Positions 10,770-26,943 of a stretch of 64,000 nt of DNA are shown here, one piece after another; position 1 is the first letter of the stretch; each line of letters starts with the position of its first letter. Origin of the DNA: Nitrospirota bacterium (GTDB taxonomy: Bacteria > Nitrospirota > UBA9217). The stretch is taken from positions 64,001 through 128,000 of the forward strand of contig CAVUHW010000013.1 of the NCBI GenBank assembly GCA_963741205.1, in the 5' to 3' direction. A program made the translations under genes and the position numbers. The notes beneath the pieces are model-generated. The model made no database searches, was not told the DNA's origin, and saw only the letters and a program-made list of their open reading frames with translations.

Positions 10770-10910
10770 TTCGAATCAAGCTCCCCAATCCCAAGCATCA
10801 AATAATAAATTAAATTTCAATATTCATAAATCAAGTTCCAAACAGATTAAGATTCTTATTTGTTTTTTGGATATTATTTGGAATTAGGAATTTGAGTTTT
10901 GAGATTTCTC
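10770..10910. repeat. AT-rich 7-nt periodic imperfect inverted repeat spacer
   Basis: AATCCCA/AAGCTCC-like units on the left, TTGGAAT/TTGAGAT-like units on the right. Confidence 0.5.
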
Positions 10911-10917
10911 ATCCATC

Positions 10918-11664
10918 ATGCATCGACAAAAAATATTCGGTATTAATCCGGTTACTGAGGCCCTGAGGTCCGGACGGCCGATGCAGCGGATCCTGATTGC
11001 CGAGCAGCGGAAGACGGGCAGGGAAGTCATCGAGATCGCCCGTCTAGCCAAAGAACGGGGCATCGAGGTGAGGTTGGCGTCCCGGGACATGCTGAACCGG
11101 GAGGCGCCAAATGCCCCGCATCAGGGTGTTATAGCGGTCGTCTCGGCAACTCAATATGTGATGTTGGACGATATCCTTGGGATACCGGCACAGCTCGGCG
11201 AGGCGGCGCTGTTCCTGGTTTTGGACGGCGTCGAAGACCCCAGAAACCTCGGTGCCATATTGCGGACCGCTGAGGCCGCAGGAGTCCACGGCGTTATCGT
11301 TCCCGAGCGGAGGGCGGCCGGCCTCACCGAAACGGTGGCAAAGGTAGCCGCCGGTGCGCTGGAATATGTGCCGGTGGTTAAAGTCGTCAACATCGTAAAC
11401 ACAATCGAAGTCCTTAAGGCAAACGGGATTTGGACTGCCGCGGCTGAGGCAGGGGGTGAAGCCGTGTTCTGGGATGCAGACTTTGTCCGGCCCACGGCAC
11501 TTGTATTAGGCGGTGAGGACAAAGGGGTGCGCAGACTGGTGAAAGAGCATTGCGATGTCCTCGTATCCCTGCCGCTCACGGGACGCATCAATTCGCTGAA
11601 TGTATCGGTTGCGGCAGGGGCCCTGCTGTACGAGGTTATGCGGCAGCGCAGAAAGAGCTCATAG
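10918..11664 (+). CDS. rlmB: 23S rRNA (guanosine(2251)-2'-O)-methyltransferase
   Basis: LDGVEDPRNLGAILRTA, GGEDKG, SLNVSVA; conserved position after cysS. Confidence 0.93.
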   Translation: MHRQKIFGINPVTEALRSGRPMQRILIAEQRKTGREVIEIARLAKERGIEVRLASRDMLNREAPNAPHQGVIAVVSATQYVMLDDILGIPAQLGEAALFLVLDGVEDPRNLGAILRTAEAAGVHGVIVPERRAAGLTETVAKVAAGALEYVPVVKVVNIVNTIEVLKANGIWTAAAEAGGEAVFWDADFVRPTALVLGGEDKGVRRLVKEHCDVLVSLPLTGRINSLNVSVAAGALLYEVMRQRRKSS

Positions 11665-11736
11665 GTCATACCCTCGTGCCTCTCCGGGGCGGACGACGGA
11701 GAATTTTTTCAAGGCCCCATAATCCAATCTTTTTGC

Positions 11737-11766
11737 TTGACAATATTGTCCTCAATATCATATAAT
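11737..11766 (+). promoter_or_regulatory. consensus sigma70 promoter TTGACA-18-TATAAT for the tRNA/tuf operon
   Basis: Perfect -35 and -10 hexamers. Confidence 0.8.
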
Positions 11767-11869
11767 TACAATTCTTTGGCGCGGCAGTCATAAGTGTATG
11801 ATATTACGTGATAAGCAAATGGGCTTGTCATCACGGGACAAAGCGGCGCGGTGTGTCCAGAGATTTCTT

Positions 11870-11945
11870 GCCACCGTAACTCAGTTGGTAGAGTAGCTGA
11901 TTTGTAATCAGCCTGTCGGGGGTTCGAGTCCCTTCGGTGGCTCCA
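11870..11945 (+). tRNA. tRNA-Thr(TGT)
   Basis: Cloverleaf, anticodon TGT, GGTTCGA T-loop, encoded CCA. Confidence 0.96.
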
Positions 11946-12030
11946 TTTTCCCAGTTCCGAGGATTTGAGTTTCAGCGCAAGATGATCGTGATTCCGTGGT
12001 AGAAACAATCTGCAAAGCGAGGCGGTTCCC

Positions 12031-12116
12031 GGGGAGGTGCCCGAGTGGCCAAAGGGAACAGACTGTAAATCTGTCGGCGTCAGCCTACGGAGGTTCGAAA
12101 CCTCCCCTCCCCACCA
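12031..12116 (+). tRNA. tRNA-Tyr(GTA)
   Basis: Long variable arm, anticodon GTA, encoded CCA. Confidence 0.96.
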
Positions 12117-12119
12117 GTT

Positions 12120-12187
12120 GTGAATTGCAGATCGGCGATTGCGGATTGCAAATTGAAATATTTAATCCTCAATCCGCAATCCGAAAT
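12120..12187. repeat. heptamer inverted-repeat element (ATTGCGG / AATCCGC units)
   Basis: ATTGCAG ATCGGCG ATTGCGG ATTGCAA ... AATCCTC AATCCGC AATCCGA. Confidence 0.7.
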
Positions 12188-12192
12188 AGCAT

Positions 12193-12269
12193 GCGGGAAT
12201 AGCTCAGCTGGCTAGAGCGCAAGCCTTCCAAGCTTGGGGTCGCGGGTTCGAATCCCGTTTCCCGCTCCA
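12193..12269 (+). tRNA. tRNA-Gly(TCC)
   Basis: Cloverleaf, anticodon TCC, encoded CCA. Confidence 0.96.
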
Positions 12270-12270
12270 T

Positions 12271-12315
12271 AAACCGTTCAAAAGGTTTGAACGGATCAAA
12301 CCGTTGAAACCGTTT
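12271..12315. repeat. 9-nt periodic repeat (AAACCGTTN-like x5)
   Basis: AAACCGTTC AAAAGGTTT GAACGGATC AAACCGTTG AAACCGTTT. Confidence 0.65.
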
Positions 12316-12320
12316 CAGCC

Positions 12321-12396
12321 GCCCATGTAGCTCAGTTGGTAGAGCACATCCTTGGTAAGGATGAGGTCAGCGGTTCAATCCCGCTCATGGGCTCCA
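12321..12396 (+). tRNA. tRNA-Thr(GGT)
   Basis: Cloverleaf, anticodon GGT, encoded CCA. Confidence 0.96.
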
Positions 12397-12455
12397 TGAG
12401 AAACTGCAGGACAGGATGCAAGAGTAATTTCACTTTCCAACAGGAGGCGGACAGC

Positions 12456-13656
<1,201 letters not shown>

Positions 13657-13735
13657 TTTCATTGCGAATTTCAGATTGCGGATTTCGGATTTTTTTTCAT
13701 TCCGCATATCCGCAATCCGCATTCCGAAATCAATA
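13657..13735. repeat. heptamer inverted-repeat element
   Basis: ATTGCGA ATTTCAG ATTGCGG ATTTCGG ... ATTCCGC ATATCCGC AATCCGC ATTCCGA. Confidence 0.7.
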
Positions 13736-13753
13736 TAGAGTGAGGCCATACAA

Positions 13754-13906
13754 ATGCGGGAAATCGTGCTTCTCGCTTGCGGCGAGTGCAAGCGAAAAAA
13801 CTATTCAACGACCAAGAACAAAAGAAACACGCCGGACAAGCTGAACCTGGACAAATATTGCCGGTTCTGCCGCAAACACACAGTGCACAAGGAGACAAAG
13901 GCGTAG
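13754..13906 (+). CDS. rpmG: 50S ribosomal protein L33 (Zn-ribbon type)
   Basis: Manual translation [50 protein letters not shown]. Confidence 0.95.
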   Translation: MREIVLLACGECKRKNYSTTKNKRNTPDKLNLDKYCRFCRKHTVHKETKA

Positions 13907-13940
13907 TCAGGCAGTGAATGGCGATGCGGGGTTAGGACAC

Positions 13941-14016
13941 AGGCCAGTAGCTCTAATGGTAGAGCTCCGGACTCCAAATCCGGCTGCTGGGGGTTCGAGT
14001 CCCTCCTGGCCTGCCA
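13941..14016 (+). tRNA. tRNA-Trp(CCA)
   Basis: Cloverleaf, anticodon CCA, canonical position before secE. Confidence 0.95.
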
Positions 14017-14051
14017 TTTTTTCGGAATCCTGTGCGGAGAGAGGCTTGGAT

Positions 14052-14237
14052 ATGTTCAAAAGGCTGATGGAATTTCTCCAAGAGGTAAAGCTGGAGCTCA
14101 AGAAAGTTGTGTTTCCGACGAAAAAGGAGGTCATAGGTTCTACCTGGGTGGTGATTATCACCGTGCTGATATGCGCCTTTTTTCTGGGGCTGGTAGATTT
14201 GGGGTTGGGAAGATTGATGACCCTTGCCTTTAAGTAA
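14052..14237 (+). CDS. secE: preprotein translocase subunit SecE
   Basis: EFLQEVKLELKKVVFPTKKE plus one transmembrane helix. Confidence 0.93.
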   Translation: MFKRLMEFLQEVKLELKKVVFPTKKEVIGSTWVVIITVLICAFFLGLVDLGLGRLMTLAFK

Positions 14238-14245
14238 AGACCATT

Positions 14246-14791
14246 ATGCCGATGAACTGGTATGTAGTCCATACGTATGCAGGATTTGAGAATAAGGTGA
14301 AAGCCAGCATTCTGGAGACGGTATCCAAGCTCGGACTGCAGGAAAAAATCGGCCAGGTTCTCGTTCCGACCGAAGAGGTCTTGTCCATCAAGGCGGGGAA
14401 AAAACGCAAGTCGCAGCGGAAATTTTTCCCCGGCTATATCCTCATCGAGATGGAGATGGACGACGACTCCTGGCATATCATCAAGGAAACGCCCAAGGTG
14501 ACCGGCTTCGTCGGCGGCAGCACGAACCCGACGCCGCTCTCCGAGGACGAGGTGAAAACAATCCTCAAGCAGGCCGAGGAAGGGGCGGTTGCCCCCACCC
14601 AGCCCTTGCATGCTTACCAGAAGGGGGACCGGGTCAGGGTGATCGACGGTCCGTTCAGCAGTTTTATCGGCACCGTTGAAGACGTCAATCCCGCGCACGG
14701 CAGGCTCCGGGTCATGGTGAGCATCTTCGGACGTTCGACTCCGGTCGAGCTGGAGTTCCTTCAGGTTGAACGGGAAAAAGAAACCAAATAA
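14246..14791 (+). CDS. nusG: transcription termination/antitermination factor NusG
   Basis: [31 protein letters not shown]. Confidence 0.97.
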   Translation: MPMNWYVVHTYAGFENKVKASILETVSKLGLQEKIGQVLVPTEEVLSIKAGKKRKSQRKFFPGYILIEMEMDDDSWHIIKETPKVTGFVGGSTNPTPLSEDEVKTILKQAEEGAVAPTQPLHAYQKGDRVRVIDGPFSSFIGTVEDVNPAHGRLRVMVSIFGRSTPVELEFLQVEREKETK

Positions 14792-14852
14792 AAAATTAGG
14801 ATTCAAGATGTAACATTCAAAGCGGTTTTAATAAACATACAGGAGCATAGAG

Positions 14853-15278
14853 ATGGCAAAAGAAATTACAGCAAAAATCAAGCTTCAGGTGCCGGCGGGC
14901 AAGGCCAATCCGGCCCCCCCGGTAGGCCCCGCGCTCGGCCAGCACGGCGTGAATATCATGGAGTTCTGCAAGACCTTCAATGCCAGGACCCAGAAGCTGG
15001 GCGATACCATCGTCCCCGTCATAATTTCGGTGTACTCGGACCGGTCGTTTACGTTTATCACCAAGACGCCGCCGGCCGCGGAACTCCTGAAAAAGGCTGC
15101 GGGGATCGTTAAAGGCTCCGGCGTGCCGAACAAGGACAAAGTCGGCAAGGTGACCCGCGCGCAGATCAAGGAGATCGCCCAGACAAAGCTTCCGGACCTT
15201 AATGCCGCGACCGTCGAATCGGCCATGCGCATGATCGAGGGCTCGGCCAAGAGCATGGGGCTGGAAATTGTCGATTAA
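14853..15278 (+). CDS. rplK: 50S ribosomal protein L11
   Basis: [25 protein letters not shown]. Confidence 0.98.
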   Translation: MAKEITAKIKLQVPAGKANPAPPVGPALGQHGVNIMEFCKTFNARTQKLGDTIVPVIISVYSDRSFTFITKTPPAAELLKKAAGIVKGSGVPNKDKVGKVTRAQIKEIAQTKLPDLNAATVESAMRMIEGSAKSMGLEIVD

Positions 15279-15362
15279 CGACATTCTGCGAATGTCGAAT
15301 TGAAAAGGGAAGTTGGAAATTTCGTAATTTACAATCTTGCAATTTCCGAGTATGAGTTTACA

Positions 15363-15396
15363 TGCGGGAGGCTGACAACAGCCGCTACTACCGCGA
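15363..15396 (+). promoter_or_regulatory. putative L1-binding mRNA leader
   Basis: TGCGGGAG-GCTG..CAGC-CGCTACTACCGCG directly before the rplA RBS, resembling the L1 site. Confidence 0.55.
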
Positions 15397-15405
15397 GGAG
15401 GAACC

Positions 15406-16107
15406 ATGGCAGGGAAAAAGTATAAAGCAGTGGCGGCGCTCGTGGATCCGTTAAAGCAGTACGGCGTCGAAGAGGCCATCGGACTCGCCAAGAAGACGGC
15501 CAGGACCAAGTTCGATGAGACCGTTGATCTGGCGGTTAGACTAGGCGTCGACCCCAAGCAGGCGGACCAGATGGTGCGGGGAACGGTTGTGCTCCCGCAC
15601 GGGACGGGGAAAAAGGTAAAGATCCTCGTCTTTGCCAAGGGAGAGAAGGATAAAGAAGCGCGGGATTCAGGGGCTGATTATGTTGGCGCCGAGGACCTCG
15701 CTGAAAAGATTCAGAAGGAAGGATGGACCGATTTCGATGTCGTCGTCGCTACTCCCGACATTATGGGTCTCGTGGGAAGGCTCGGCAAGGTTCTCGGCCC
15801 CCGCGGCCTGATGCCGAACCCCAAGACCGGCACCGTCACGTTTGACGTGGCCAAGGCAATCAAGGATATCCGTGCCGGAAAAGTCGAGTATCGCGTGGAA
15901 AAGGCGGGCATCGTTCATGTTCCGGTAGGCAAGGCGTCATTCGATGAAAACAAACTCATCGACAATGCCAGGGCTGTGCTGGAGTCCATTCTGAAGGCAA
16001 AGCCGTCGTCGAGCAAAGGCAAATATCTGAGGAGCGCGGCCGTCTCCACCACCATGGGACCGGGTATTAAAATAGACACGGCCCAGATCGAGAAGATCGC
16101 CGGATAA
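15406..16107 (+). CDS. rplA: 50S ribosomal protein L1
   Basis: [30 protein letters not shown]. Confidence 0.98.
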   Translation: MAGKKYKAVAALVDPLKQYGVEEAIGLAKKTARTKFDETVDLAVRLGVDPKQADQMVRGTVVLPHGTGKKVKILVFAKGEKDKEARDSGADYVGAEDLAEKIQKEGWTDFDVVVATPDIMGLVGRLGKVLGPRGLMPNPKTGTVTFDVAKAIKDIRAGKVEYRVEKAGIVHVPVGKASFDENKLIDNARAVLESILKAKPSSSKGKYLRSAAVSTTMGPGIKIDTAQIEKIAG

Positions 16108-16213
16108 TAAACAACAAATTCTAAATCCGAAGCACGAAATCCTACCCGTTTTAGAATTTCGGATTTAGAAATTAGAGTTTGCAGCAAAAAAGGTCGGTCC
16201 CCGCCAGGGGATG

Positions 16214-16331
16214 CGGTCCGAGACAGCGGGCACCGAGGGGGAAAACAGCGAATTACCCTTCGGTTTAATTCCGGAAACGGAGCCTGCCGAGACCCGGGTG
16301 AAAGAAAGTTTCTTTAAGCCGCTTTCTTTCA
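16214..16331 (+). promoter_or_regulatory. L10 ribosomal leader
   Basis: AGACAGCGGG...TTAA...CCTGCCGAG core upstream of rplJ, followed by a hairpin. Confidence 0.7.
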
Positions 16332-16379
16332 AGATTTCCGGGACGGTCATCGGGAATTCTTGAAAGAAAGGAGGATAGC

Positions 16380-16892
16380 GTGAATAAGCAGGAAAAAAAA
16401 GAAACCATTGACGAACTGCATGAGAAGTTTGCCCGTGCCAAGACCGCGGTGATTACCGGCTATTCTGGTATCAACGTCGAACAAATCACCGAGCTCCGTT
16501 CGAAGCTGCGTAAGTCGCAGGTAGAATACCGGGTCGTAAAAAACACGTTTGCCCGGCGGGCAGTCGAAGGCACCGGCCTCGAGCCGCTCAAGGACTACTT
16601 CGTGGGGCCGGTGGGCATCGCGCTCGGTTTTGACGATGTGGTCGCGCCGGCAAAGGTGCTTTTCGAGTTCAACAAGACGCAGGGAAAGCTCCAACTGAAA
16701 GTAGGCGTGCTCGACGGAAAGCTGCTCCAGCAGGCGGACATCAAGGCGCTTGCGACCCTGCCGTCGCTTAACGCTCTCCGCGGAAAAATCATCGGGCTTC
16801 TCCAGGCGCCTGCCTCGCGGATGGTCGGCGTTCTCGCAGCGCCCGGCGGACAGATTGCCAGGGTCATGAAGGCGAAGGCGGAAAAAGGGTAA
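16380..16892 (+). CDS. rplJ: 50S ribosomal protein L10
   Basis: ELRSKLR...YRVVKNT...LATLPS; synteny. Confidence 0.97.
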   Translation: MNKQEKKETIDELHEKFARAKTAVITGYSGINVEQITELRSKLRKSQVEYRVVKNTFARRAVEGTGLEPLKDYFVGPVGIALGFDDVVAPAKVLFEFNKTQGKLQLKVGVLDGKLLQQADIKALATLPSLNALRGKIIGLLQAPASRMVGVLAAPGGQIARVMKAKAEKG

Positions 16893-16961
16893 GGCTTGCA
16901 CGGAAACATTCGGTAATATTTCACAATAAAATTATAATAATATTCCCAGGAGGAAAATATA

Positions 16962-17333
16962 ATGGCAGATTTAGCGAAAATGGTTGATGAACTGAGCGGT
17001 CTTACCGTTCTTGAAGCGGCAGAATTGAGCAAGATGCTTGAGGAGAAGTGGGGCGTGTCAGCAGCGGCACCCGTTGCCGTAGCGGCTGCTGGCGGGGCCG
17101 TAGCAGCTGCAGTTGAGGAGAAAACCGCGTTCGACGTCATCCTGGCGGCTGCAGGCGCTCAGAAGATCAACGTGATCAAGGTCGTGCGTGAACTCACCGG
17201 GCTCGGCCTCAAGGAAGCGAAGGACCTCGTGGAAGGTGCTCCCAAACCCGTGAAGACAGGGGTCTCGAAGGAAGATGCCGAGAGCATGAAAAAGAAGCTG
17301 ACTGAGGCAGGCGCAACCGTCGAGGTCAAGTAA
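16962..17333 (+). CDS. rplL: 50S ribosomal protein L7/L12
   Basis: [25 protein letters not shown]. Confidence 0.98.
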   Translation: MADLAKMVDELSGLTVLEAAELSKMLEEKWGVSAAAPVAVAAAGGAVAAAVEEKTAFDVILAAAGAQKINVIKVVRELTGLGLKEAKDLVEGAPKPVKTGVSKEDAESMKKKLTEAGATVEVK

Positions 17334-17360
17334 TCAAGCATCATCAAAGCAGGAATGGCC

Positions 17361-17411
17361 AAGTCCTTGCCCTCCGGCATTGATCCGGAGGGCAAAGGAC
17401 TTTTTGCGTTT
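17361..17411 (+). terminator. intrinsic terminator/attenuator between rplL and rpoB
   Basis: AAGTCCTTGCCCTCCGG-cattgat-CCGGAGGGCAAAGGACTTTTT. Confidence 0.75.
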
Positions 17412-17549
17412 ATGGATGCTGCATGCCGATTCGCTGATTCGACACGCAGATCACCGCACGGGTAAGTGTACAATGAAAAATGCACATCGGGAGTCAGTAG
17501 TCGTCTGCATTTTTCAGTCTGCATTTCAAGCCGTATGAGGGGTGCGAAT

Positions 17550-20500
17550 ATGTCAAAAGAAAAAAGAGAGCTTGTCCGCGTCAGGAAGGATTTTTCCAGG
17601 ATCCCGACGATTCTGGAGATCCCCGATCTCATCGAGATACAAAAAAAATCCTATGATCATTTTCTGCAGAAGGACGTCGCGTCCGACAAGAGAAAAGACA
17701 TGGGGCTCCAGGCGGCCTTCAAGAGCGTATATCCCATCTACGACTTCAACGAGACCGCCATGGTCGACTACCTCGGCTATTCGCTCGGCGAGCCGAAGTA
17801 CAGCATCTGGGAGTGCCTGCAGCGCGGCGCCACGTTCGCCGCGCCGCTCAAAATCAAGATGCGCCTGGTGTTCTTCGAAAAGGACGAGCAGACGGCTACC
17901 AAGCGTGTCAAGGACATCAAGGAGCAGGAGGTGTATGTTGGAGACCTCCCCCTCATGACCGAAACGGGCACGTTCATCGTGAACGGGACGGAACGCGTCG
18001 TGGTGAGCCAGCTCCACCGCTCGCCGGGGGCGTTTTTTACCCACGACAAGGGCAGGACCCATGCGAGCGGCAAAATTCTCTACTCGGCCCGCATCATACC
18101 CTACCGCGGCTCCTGGCTTGACTTCGAATTCGACGTCAAGGACATCATCTACGTGCGCATCGACCGTCGAAGGAAGATCCCCGCTACGATCCTCCTCAAG
18201 GCCTTCGGGTATTCGAACGAGGACCTGCTTCGGATGTACTACCCCATCGAAGACATCCGGCTCAAGAAGGACGGCTTCACGCGCAGCCTCCACCCCGACG
18301 TTCTGGCGGGCATGAAGGCGCCCATCACGATCACCGACAAAAATACGCGCGAGCAGATCATAAAAGAGGGCGCCAAGATCACCCGGGTGGCGATCAAGAG
18401 GATGGAGGCCGCAGGCATCACTGAAATTCCCATACCCCGGGAGGAACTGATCGATCGCATCGCACTTCGCGACGTAATCGACCCCGAGACTGGCGAGGTG
18501 CTGCTCCCCGCAAACGAAAAGATCACCGAGGCGTTCCTCACGAGGGTCGCGCAAACCAAGGTCGAGAAGATGGAAGTGATCTACATGGACGGCATCCACG
18601 TGATCGCAGCCATACGCGACACGCTCCTGTCCGACAAGGTGCAGACGTCGGACGAGGCGCTCCTCGAAATCTACCGAAAGATGCGTCCCGGAGAGCCGCC
18701 GACGATCGATATGGCGCGCAACCTTTTCAACGGGATGTTCTTCAATGCCAAACGCTACGATCTGTCGCCTGTCGGCAGGCTGAAACTGAATAAGAAACTC
18801 AAGCTCGACATACCGATCGAAAAGACCATCCTGACCGCCCAGGACACTGTAGAGGTGATCCGCTATCTGGTCAGCCTCCGGACCGGCAGGGGCGAGGTGG
18901 ACGATATCGACCATCTCGGCAACCGCCGGGTCCGCTCCGTCGGCGAACTCCTCGAAAACCAGATCCGCATCGGACTCGCCCGGATGGAACGCGCCATCAA
19001 GGAACGCATGAGTCTCCAGGATATCGACACCCTCATGCCGCATGATATCATCAACCCCAAGCCGGTGATCGCGGCCATTAAAGAGTTTTTCGGGTCGAGC
19101 CAATTATCGCAGTTCATGGACCAGACCAACCCCCTCGCGGAAATTACGCACAAGCGCCGGCTATCGGCCCTGGGGCCCGGCGGACTTACCCGGGAACGCG
19201 CGGGATTCGAGGTGCGCGATGTGCACACCACGCACTACGGCAGGATATGCCCGATCGAGACGCCGGAAGGCCCGAATATCGGTCTTATCGTCTCGCTTGC
19301 GACCTATGCCCGGGTGAACGATTACGGTTTCATCGAGGCGCCGTACCGGGAGGTCAAGGCCGCGAAGGTAACCGACAAGATCGAATATCTTTCCGCCGTA
19401 GACGGCGAGAACTACGTGGTTGCCCAGGCGAACACTCCCATAGACGGACGAGGCAGGATCGCCGTGGACAGCGTGTCGGCCCGCGTGAGCGGCGAGTTCA
19501 AACTGGTCTCGGCAGAGGAAGTGCAGTTCATGGACGTATCGCCGAAACAGATCGTCTCGGTCTCGGCGGCGCTCATTCCGTTCCTTGAGAACGACGACGC
19601 GAACCGGGCGCTCATGGGATCGAACATGCAGCGCCAGGCCGTGCCGCTGCTCCGGCCTCAGGCCCCGGTCGTCGGCACCGGTATGGAACGTGTCGCCGCT
19701 CGCGACTCGGGCGCCATCGTTTCGACCAAACGAGACGGCATCGTCGAATCGGTCGATTCAACCCGAATCACGGTGAAGGGTGAAGACGCCAAGGGCCGGA
19801 CGGTTATCGATACGTATCCGCTCATCAAGTTCTATCGCTCGAACCAGAACACCTGTATGAACCAGAAGCCGATCGTCCGCATGGGCGACAAGGTGAAAAA
19901 AGGACAGGTGATCGCCGACGGGCCGGCCACGGACCTGGGCGAACTCGCACTCGGTCAGAACGTGCTCGTGGCGTTCATGCCCTGGAGCGGCTACAACTAC
20001 GAGGACGCGATCATCATCAGCGAAAAACTGGTGAAGGAGGATCGCTACACCTCGATCCATATCGAAGAATTCGAGATCGAGGCCCGAGACACCAAACTCG
20101 GCAAGGAAGAGATCACCCGAGACATCCCGAACCTCGGCGAGGAGACCTTGAGAAACCTCGATGAGAACGGGATCATCCGCATCGGCGCGGAGGTCCTGCC
20201 CGGCGACATTCTTATCGGCAAGGTAACGCCCAAGGGCGAGACGCAGCTGACACCGGAAGAAAAACTCCTGCGGGCCATCTTCGGCGAGAAGGCCGGAGAC
20301 GTGCGGGACGCCTCTCTCTATGCACCGCCGGGCATTGAAGGAACGGTTATCGATGTCAAGGTCTTCTCGCGCAAGGGCGAGGACAAGAACGAGCGCCTCA
20401 AGACGCAGGAGAGCGAGGAAATCTCCCGGCTTCAGAAGGAATATCAGGATGAAATGCGCGCGGTCAAAGAGGATAAGTACAAGCGAATCCGAAGAATTCT

Positions 20501-21542
20501 GATCGGCAAGACGGCCAGCGATAAAGTCGTCAACTCCAAGACCGGCAAGACCGAGCTTGCCAAGGGCAAAAAGATCACCGTCGAGATACTCGACAAACTG
20601 CAGGAAAAGGACCTCGCCAAAATCAAGGTGGAGTCCGAGGACTACCCCGCCAAGCTTCAAGAGGTTTTGGACAGCGCCGAGAACCAGCTCAGCATTCTGG
20701 AGTCAATCTATGACGAGAAGATCGGGAGGCTGAAGCGCGGTGATGACCTGCCGCCCGGCGTGGTAAAGCTTGTCAAAGTCTACGTGGCCATGAAACGCAA
20801 ACTCTCCGTGGGCGATAAAATGGCCGGCAGGCACGGCAACAAGGGCGTTGTGTCCCGGATCGTCCCGGAGGAGGACATGCCTTATCTTCCCGACGGGACC
20901 CCCGTCGAGATCGTCCTGAACCCGCTCGGCGTGCCGTCCCGTATGAACGTCGGGCAGATCCTGGAGACGCACCTGGGCTGGGCCGCCAAGGCCCTGGGCC
21001 TGCACGTGGCGACCCCCGTGTTCGACGGGGCCTCGGAGGACCGGATCAAGGCGATGCTCAAGGAAGCGAAACTGCAGATCACGGGCCAGTCGCAGCTTTT
21101 CGACGGACGTACCGGAGACCCCTTTGACAAGCCGGTGACCATCGGGTACATGTACATGCTGAAGCTCCATCACCTGGTCGACGACAAGCTGCATGCCCGC
21201 TCCATCGGCCCCTATTCGCTGGTAACGCAGCAGCCCCTGGGAGGCAAGGCTCAGTTCGGCGGGCAGCGCCTGGGCGAGATGGAAGTCTGGGCGCTCCAGG
21301 CCTACGGGGCTGCATACTGTCTCCAGGAATTCCTCACGGTGAAGTCCGACGACGTGTCCGGACGAGCCAAGATCTACGAAGCGATCGTAAAGGGAGAGAA
21401 CACGCTGGAACCCGGCCTGCCCGAGTCGTTCTACGTGCTCATCAAGGAGCTCCAGAGCCTCTGTCTCGACGTCGAACTCATCGAGCGCAAGAACGAGAAG
21501 GAACGAGTGATCGGACTGGAGAAGATTTCGTCGGCAAGGTAG
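17550..21542 (+). CDS. rpoB: RNA polymerase beta subunit
   Basis: [38 protein letters not shown]. Confidence 0.99.
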   Translation: MSKEKRELVRVRKDFSRIPTILEIPDLIEIQKKSYDHFLQKDVASDKRKDMGLQAAFKSVYPIYDFNETAMVDYLGYSLGEPKYSIWECLQRGATFAAPLKIKMRLVFFEKDEQTATKRVKDIKEQEVYVGDLPLMTETGTFIVNGTERVVVSQLHRSPGAFFTHDKGRTHASGKILYSARIIPYRGSWLDFEFDVKDIIYVRIDRRRKIPATILLKAFGYSNEDLLRMYYPIEDIRLKKDGFTRSLHPDVLAGMKAPITITDKNTREQIIKEGAKITRVAIKRMEAAGITEIPIPREELIDRIALRDVIDPETGEVLLPANEKITEAFLTRVAQTKVEKMEVIYMDGIHVIAAIRDTLLSDKVQTSDEALLEIYRKMRPGEPPTIDMARNLFNGMFFNAKRYDLSPVGRLKLNKKLKLDIPIEKTILTAQDTVEVIRYLVSLRTGRGEVDDIDHLGNRRVRSVGELLENQIRIGLARMERAIKERMSLQDIDTLMPHDIINPKPVIAAIKEFFGSSQLSQFMDQTNPLAEITHKRRLSALGPGGLTRERAGFEVRDVHTTHYGRICPIETPEGPNIGLIVSLATYARVNDYGFIEAPYREVKAAKVTDKIEYLSAVDGENYVVAQANTPIDGRGRIAVDSVSARVSGEFKLVSAEEVQFMDVSPKQIVSVSAALIPFLENDDANRALMGSNMQRQAVPLLRPQAPVVGTGMERVAARDSGAIVSTKRDGIVESVDSTRITVKGEDAKGRTVIDTYPLIKFYRSNQNTCMNQKPIVRMGDKVKKGQVIADGPATDLGELALGQNVLVAFMPWSGYNYEDAIIISEKLVKEDRYTSIHIEEFEIEARDTKLGKEEITRDIPNLGEETLRNLDENGIIRIGAEVLPGDILIGKVTPKGETQLTPEEKLLRAIFGEKAGDVRDASLYAPPGIEGTVIDVKVFSRKGEDKNERLKTQESEEISRLQKEYQDEMRAVKEDKYKRIRRILIGKTASDKVVNSKTGKTELAKGKKITVEILDKLQEKDLAKIKVESEDYPAKLQEVLDSAENQLSILESIYDEKIGRLKRGDDLPPGVVKLVKVYVAMKRKLSVGDKMAGRHGNKGVVSRIVPEEDMPYLPDGTPVEIVLNPLGVPSRMNVGQILETHLGWAAKALGLHVATPVFDGASEDRIKAMLKEAKLQITGQSQLFDGRTGDPFDKPVTIGYMYMLKLHHLVDDKLHARSIGPYSLVTQQPLGGKAQFGGQRLGEMEVWALQAYGAAYCLQEFLTVKSDDVSGRAKIYEAIVKGENTLEPGLPESFYVLIKELQSLCLDVELIERKNEKERVIGLEKISSAR

Positions 21543-21590
21543 CGGGGGGAAATTATAGGTCCATAAGACCTATTTGGATTTGGGATTTAG

Positions 21591-25822
<4,232 letters not shown>

Positions 25823-25873
25823 TTATTTTCCTGTCGCGTCACGATGTTGAACGGAAAGTGAGCTAAAAAAAGC

Positions 25874-25903
25874 TTGACAAGTCCGCGCTCATATCGATAT
25901 AAT
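25874..25903 (+). promoter_or_regulatory. consensus sigma70 promoter TTGACA-18-TATAAT of the str operon
   Basis: Perfect hexamers. Confidence 0.8.
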
Positions 25904-25966
25904 TACCGGGTTTTGACTCAATGTTTTTAAAAACGTACTATTTTGTTGTTTTTAAGGAGTAATCTC

Positions 25967-26338
25967 GTGCCTACCATAAGCCAACTGGTTAGAAAAGGCA
26001 GATCACTTGCCGCAAGCAAGACGAAGAGCCCGGCGCTCAAGAGTTGCCCCCAGAAGCGGGGGGTTTGCATCAGAGTGTATACCACAACCCCGAAGAAGCC
26101 GAACTCGGCACTCCGGAAAGTGGCCAGGGTGAGGCTCACGAACGGTATGGAAGTTACAACATACATCCCGGGCGTCGGGCACAACCTGCAGGAGCACTCC
26201 ATCGTCCTCATCCGCGGTGGGAGGGTGAAGGATCTTCCGGGCGTGCGGTACCACATCGTCCGGGGAACGCTGGACACCGTCGGTGTTGCAAACCGCAAGC
26301 AGGGCCGTTCTAAATATGGCGCGAAGAGGCCGAAGTAA
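25967..26338 (+). CDS. rpsL: 30S ribosomal protein S12
   Basis: [22 protein letters not shown]; GTG start after AAGGAG. Confidence 0.98.
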   Translation: MPTISQLVRKGRSLAASKTKSPALKSCPQKRGVCIRVYTTTPKKPNSALRKVARVRLTNGMEVTTYIPGVGHNLQEHSIVLIRGGRVKDLPGVRYHIVRGTLDTVGVANRKQGRSKYGAKRPK

Positions 26339-26445
26339 CTACAACAAAAGATGAGCGACGAGGGATGCGAGATGCAAAATCGTCGATCGTCCCGGGCGAG
26401 CGCAGCAAGCGGTCGATCTTCTCATAATCCTTAAGGAAGACATAT

Positions 26446-26916
26446 ATGCCGAGAAAAACAGTTATCGTAAAACGAGAGACATTACCGGATCCGAAGTACA
26501 ACAGCAAGATGCTGGCAAAGTTCGTGAATGTGCTCATGCGCAAGGGAAAGAAGAGCACGGCAGAAGCGATCTGCTATAAGGCTTTGGACCGCATTCAGGC
26601 AAAGACCAACAGCGACCCCATAGCCGTTTTCAAAAAGGCGGTGGAGAACCTGAAGCCTACTCTCGAGGTGAAGTCCCGCAGAGTGGGCGGCGCATCGTAT
26701 CAGGTCCCGATCGAGGTCAAGCAGCCGCGCAGGCTTTCGCTTGCCTATCGGTGGCTGCGTCTGTATGCATCGCAGCGCCCCGAAAAATCCATGGTGGAAA
26801 AGCTTGCCGGAGAGATCCTCGATGCATCGAATAATACGGGCGCGGCGGTAAAAAAGAAGGACGATGTGCACCGGATGGCAGAGGCCAATAAAGCCTTCGC
26901 CCATTATCGCTGGTAA
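26446..26916 (+). CDS. rpsG: 30S ribosomal protein S7
   Basis: [26 protein letters not shown]. Confidence 0.98.
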   Translation: MPRKTVIVKRETLPDPKYNSKMLAKFVNVLMRKGKKSTAEAICYKALDRIQAKTNSDPIAVFKKAVENLKPTLEVKSRRVGGASYQVPIEVKQPRRLSLAYRWLRLYASQRPEKSMVEKLAGEILDASNNTGAAVKKKDDVHRMAEANKAFAHYRW

Positions 26917-26943
26917 GGTGTTCAGGTAGAAGCGGAGGAAGTT

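Noticed and set aside
12336-12455. N-terminal extension of EF-Tu in the 502-aa ORF
   Set aside because: It overlaps tRNA-Thr; the true start is 12456, after AGGAGG
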